Shown here: in pieces, positions 61,833 through 64,000 of the stretch | How positions within the stretch are numbered: the first letter of the stretch is position 1 | Layout of the letters: each line of letters begins with the position of its first letter | NCBI GenBank assembly: GCA_963668645.2 | Contig: CAXXWC010000001.1 | Span: 384,001 to 448,000 of the forward strand | Reading direction: 5' to 3' | DNA: 64,000 bases | Origin: Desulfobacterales bacterium | Lineage (GTDB): Bacteria; Desulfobacterota; Desulfobacteria; Desulfobacterales; UBA2174 | Made by a program: the position numbers and the translations under genes | Notes under the pieces: model-generated | What the model was told of the DNA's origin: nothing | Databases searched by the model: none | What the model saw: the letters and a program-made list of their open reading frames with translations, nothing else

Positions 61833-62443
61833 CCGGTCCTCCTACCTCTCTTCTTATTTCGTATATTTTCGTAAAACGGGTGATGCACCCTGTCATCTTC
61901 ACGGGGTGGTGACAATCTCCAAAGTCACGGCGCTACGAATCGATCTGTACCTTTTCGAGGGTCGTGAAGCCCACCTTCATTCCGGCCGGACAACAGCCCG
62001 CAGCACGATCGAGGCGACTGATGGTCAAGGCTGGTCCGGTCAGCAAATCAAATCACGATGGAAGGTGGCAAAAACGAACGATCTGATCTGTCGGTACGGC
62101 CTTTTCGGAGTGGTGTGCGACGGCAGAGACGAAAAGCTTGCCGCCAATACGCACTACTTCCGTATCGAAGGGAGGCAAGAAAGTCAAGGCGAATCCAGCC
62201 CCGACTTGCCATACAAATGGCGATGGCCCTTTTGCCGATCCTGTTATCGGTATGCAAAACCTTTGAAGCCATAAAACTTTATGGTATCCTCGCCCGACTG
62301 ACAACGGCAGCCCGGACCGATGGCAAGATGTCCGCATCGCGCCGCAGCCATCACAGAGCGGCGGGTTGTGACACAAAAAAGGGTCGCCCCAGCAGACAGA
62401 AGAAAGAAAAACATGGCAAAGAAAGTAAACCCTAAGGTGGCCG

Positions 62444-63097
62444 ATGGGCCCATCGTGGTGTAAATACCTGCCCGATTTCGGCCCCCATCCGATCGGGCTG
62501 ATGGCCGACAGCCACGGCGATCCGCAGGCCCTGGTGCGGGCCATCCGGCGACTTATCCAAAACGGATGCCGGAGCCTCTTGCATCTTGGCGATATCTGCG
62601 ATTCGGCCCTTCCCCAAACGGCCGCAGCCTGCGTGGATCTGTTGGCACGCCATGAAGTGCTGGCCGTATGCGGCAACAACGACCAGGCCCTGATCACCGC
62701 AGGCGCTGCAGTCCCCGACAGTGCACTGGCATGGCTGACCTGCCTGCCGCTGGCAATCGAAACCCCGTCGGCTGTTTTCGTTCACAGCCGCACCGATATC
62801 GACCGGCTCGGAAAGTCCGCCATGGTTCAAGACATGGACGATGAAACGGCTCTGCGATTTTTGAAACACTTTCCAAAGCGCCTCCTGTTTCGCGGCCATG
62901 GCCATCGCCCAAAAATCATGGGCCGTTCCGGCACCCGTCTGACCCAATCTCCCCTTCCGATCCTCGATGGCCCGCCTGCTGTATTGGGGCAAGGGGCCGT
63001 GATCACTTGTGGAAGCCTTCTCGGGGAAGGATCGGTCTGGGTCTGGGACCGGCCCAATACAACGCTCAGGCTCCTGTCACCCGGTGCAACCCTGTGA
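62444..63097 (+). CDS. calcineurin-like metallophosphoesterase
   Basis: ADSHG, LHLGD, GNND, FVH, GHGH motifs; start uncertain. Confidence 0.85.
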   Translation: MGPSWCKYLPDFGPHPIGLMADSHGDPQALVRAIRRLIQNGCRSLLHLGDICDSALPQTAAACVDLLARHEVLAVCGNNDQALITAGAAVPDSALAWLTCLPLAIETPSAVFVHSRTDIDRLGKSAMVQDMDDETALRFLKHFPKRLLFRGHGHRPKIMGRSGTRLTQSPLPILDGPPAVLGQGAVITCGSLLGEGSVWVWDRPNTTLRLLSPGATL

Positions 63098-63253
63098 AGA
63101 TGATCCCCAATGTCGCCGACGCTGCAAACCACCGGGATTCACAATGCCCGGCGTTGCATACCGATCCGGGTGTACTATATTTAGATGTTTTGATACTTCT
63201 GGACCATCAACCAAGTGTTAACATCCTAACAAATCTGCGACAGAAAGGTCTCG

Positions 63254-63514
63254 ATGGCGATGAAAGACGCTCGTGGTCTCTACTACTACCCAAACCCGAG
63301 CAACAAACAAGTGCGCACTTATGTGCGCCGTACCCAGGGAACCATCTGGTTCCGGCTCTGGAATGCGGCGGACCCCGAACTGTGGGAGGCCCATGGCTGG
63401 ATCCCCTGGACCTCGATCCAAAAGGCTGCTGAAATCTATGAAGGTAAAAACTTCGATCCGCGCCAGGCCTACGATTACGAGTTGGCAGTGGCCCTGCTGC
63501 GCGAAGAATCTTAA
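63254..63514 (+). CDS. conserved hypothetical protein
   Basis: RGLYYYPNP...YVR...FRLWN...WEAHGWIPW; plausible codon usage and an RBS. Confidence 0.7.
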   Translation: MAMKDARGLYYYPNPSNKQVRTYVRRTQGTIWFRLWNAADPELWEAHGWIPWTSIQKAAEIYEGKNFDPRQAYDYELAVALLREES

Positions 63515-63562
63515 TCCGGCGCAGCCTTTTAACTTTTCAGGCTGACGACCGGAAGGGAGCCG

Positions 63563-64000
63563 ATGATGAAAGAACACGTTCTGCTCCATCAGATCCCCAT
63601 TTTTTCCTGCCTGGGGGAAGAGGAGCTTGACCGCTTGGCGTCGGTGGCCTTGCGCAAGCGTTTTACACGCAACACCGTTCTGCTCAACGAAGGCGACATC
63701 ACCGATTCGCTCTATGTCATTCTCAGCGGCAAGGTAAAAACGGTAATCACCGACGAAAACGGACGTGAAATCATTCTGTCCATTTCCGGACCGGGAGAAT
63801 ATTTCGGCGAGATGGCCCTGATCGACGGCGAACCACGCTCGGCTACCATCATCACCCGCGAACCCTGCCAATTGCTGATCTTTTCAAAAGAGGAGATCAA
63901 AGAGGTACTGCGCGCCAATCCGGATATGGTTTTTACCCTCCTGAAGGGATTGATAAAGCGGCTGCGCGAGACGGACAAACAAATAGAAAGTCTTGCCTTG
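63563..64000 (+). CDS. Crp/Fnr-family cNMP-binding protein, truncated at the window end
   Basis: Manual translation: IPIFSCL, NEGD..DSLYVILSGKVK, GREIIL, GEYFGEMALIDGEPRSAT. Confidence 0.9.
   Translation, partial: MMKEHVLLHQIPIFSCLGEEELDRLASVALRKRFTRNTVLLNEGDITDSLYVILSGKVKTVITDENGREIILSISGPGEYFGEMALIDGEPRSATIITREPCQLLIFSKEEIKEVLRANPDMVFTLLKGLIKRLRETDKQIESLAL

Noticed and set aside
61801..62435. ORFs 61801-62274, 62058-62435 and 62053-62697
   Set aside because: No recognisable motifs or convincing RBS and atypical composition; treated as non-coding
62413..62463. Short ORF MAKKVNPKVADGPIVV as a frameshifted N-terminus of the phosphoesterase
   Set aside because: Cannot be supported without homologs; the catalytic motifs are already complete in the 62444 frame

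Overview
GC-rich bacterial chromosomal window; the gene content and order suggest a Desulfobacterota/deltaproteobacterial sulfate reducer (inference). The first ~45 kb is mostly housekeeping: argHGDB, hslUV, xerC, UDG, coaBC, gmd, ftsB, rpsT, lptE-leuS, Rne/Rng, yajC-secDF, dprA-topA, an ilvD-ilvBNC-cimA-leuA cluster with an unannotated Ile/Leu/Val leader-peptide attenuator, sod, pyrD, trmO and rlmD. Two accessory loci stand out. (1) 53.2-56.9 kb: a secreted protein made of seven 36-aa Asn/Gly/Val/Ser/Ala repeats with a FapC-like NVAAGxGN core, split here by a 1-nt frameshift, followed by a small secreted protein with one degenerate repeat, a CsgG/HfaB-like lipoprotein and a tandem LPP20/FlgP-like protein; this is a candidate new functional-amyloid/beta-solenoid fibre secretion system. 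(2) 45.0-50.1 kb: an operon of an alpha/beta hydrolase, an SPFH membrane protein and a 1138-aa protein with two classic-clade (Cdc48/FtsH-like) AAA modules fused to a Lon-type Ser-Lys protease domain; this is a candidate new membrane-scaffolded ATP-dependent protease. There is also a tandem pair of an active and a catalytically dead Deg/HtrA protease. No rRNA, tRNA, CRISPR array or IS element was recognised. All family calls come from reading motifs by eye; no database searches were run.
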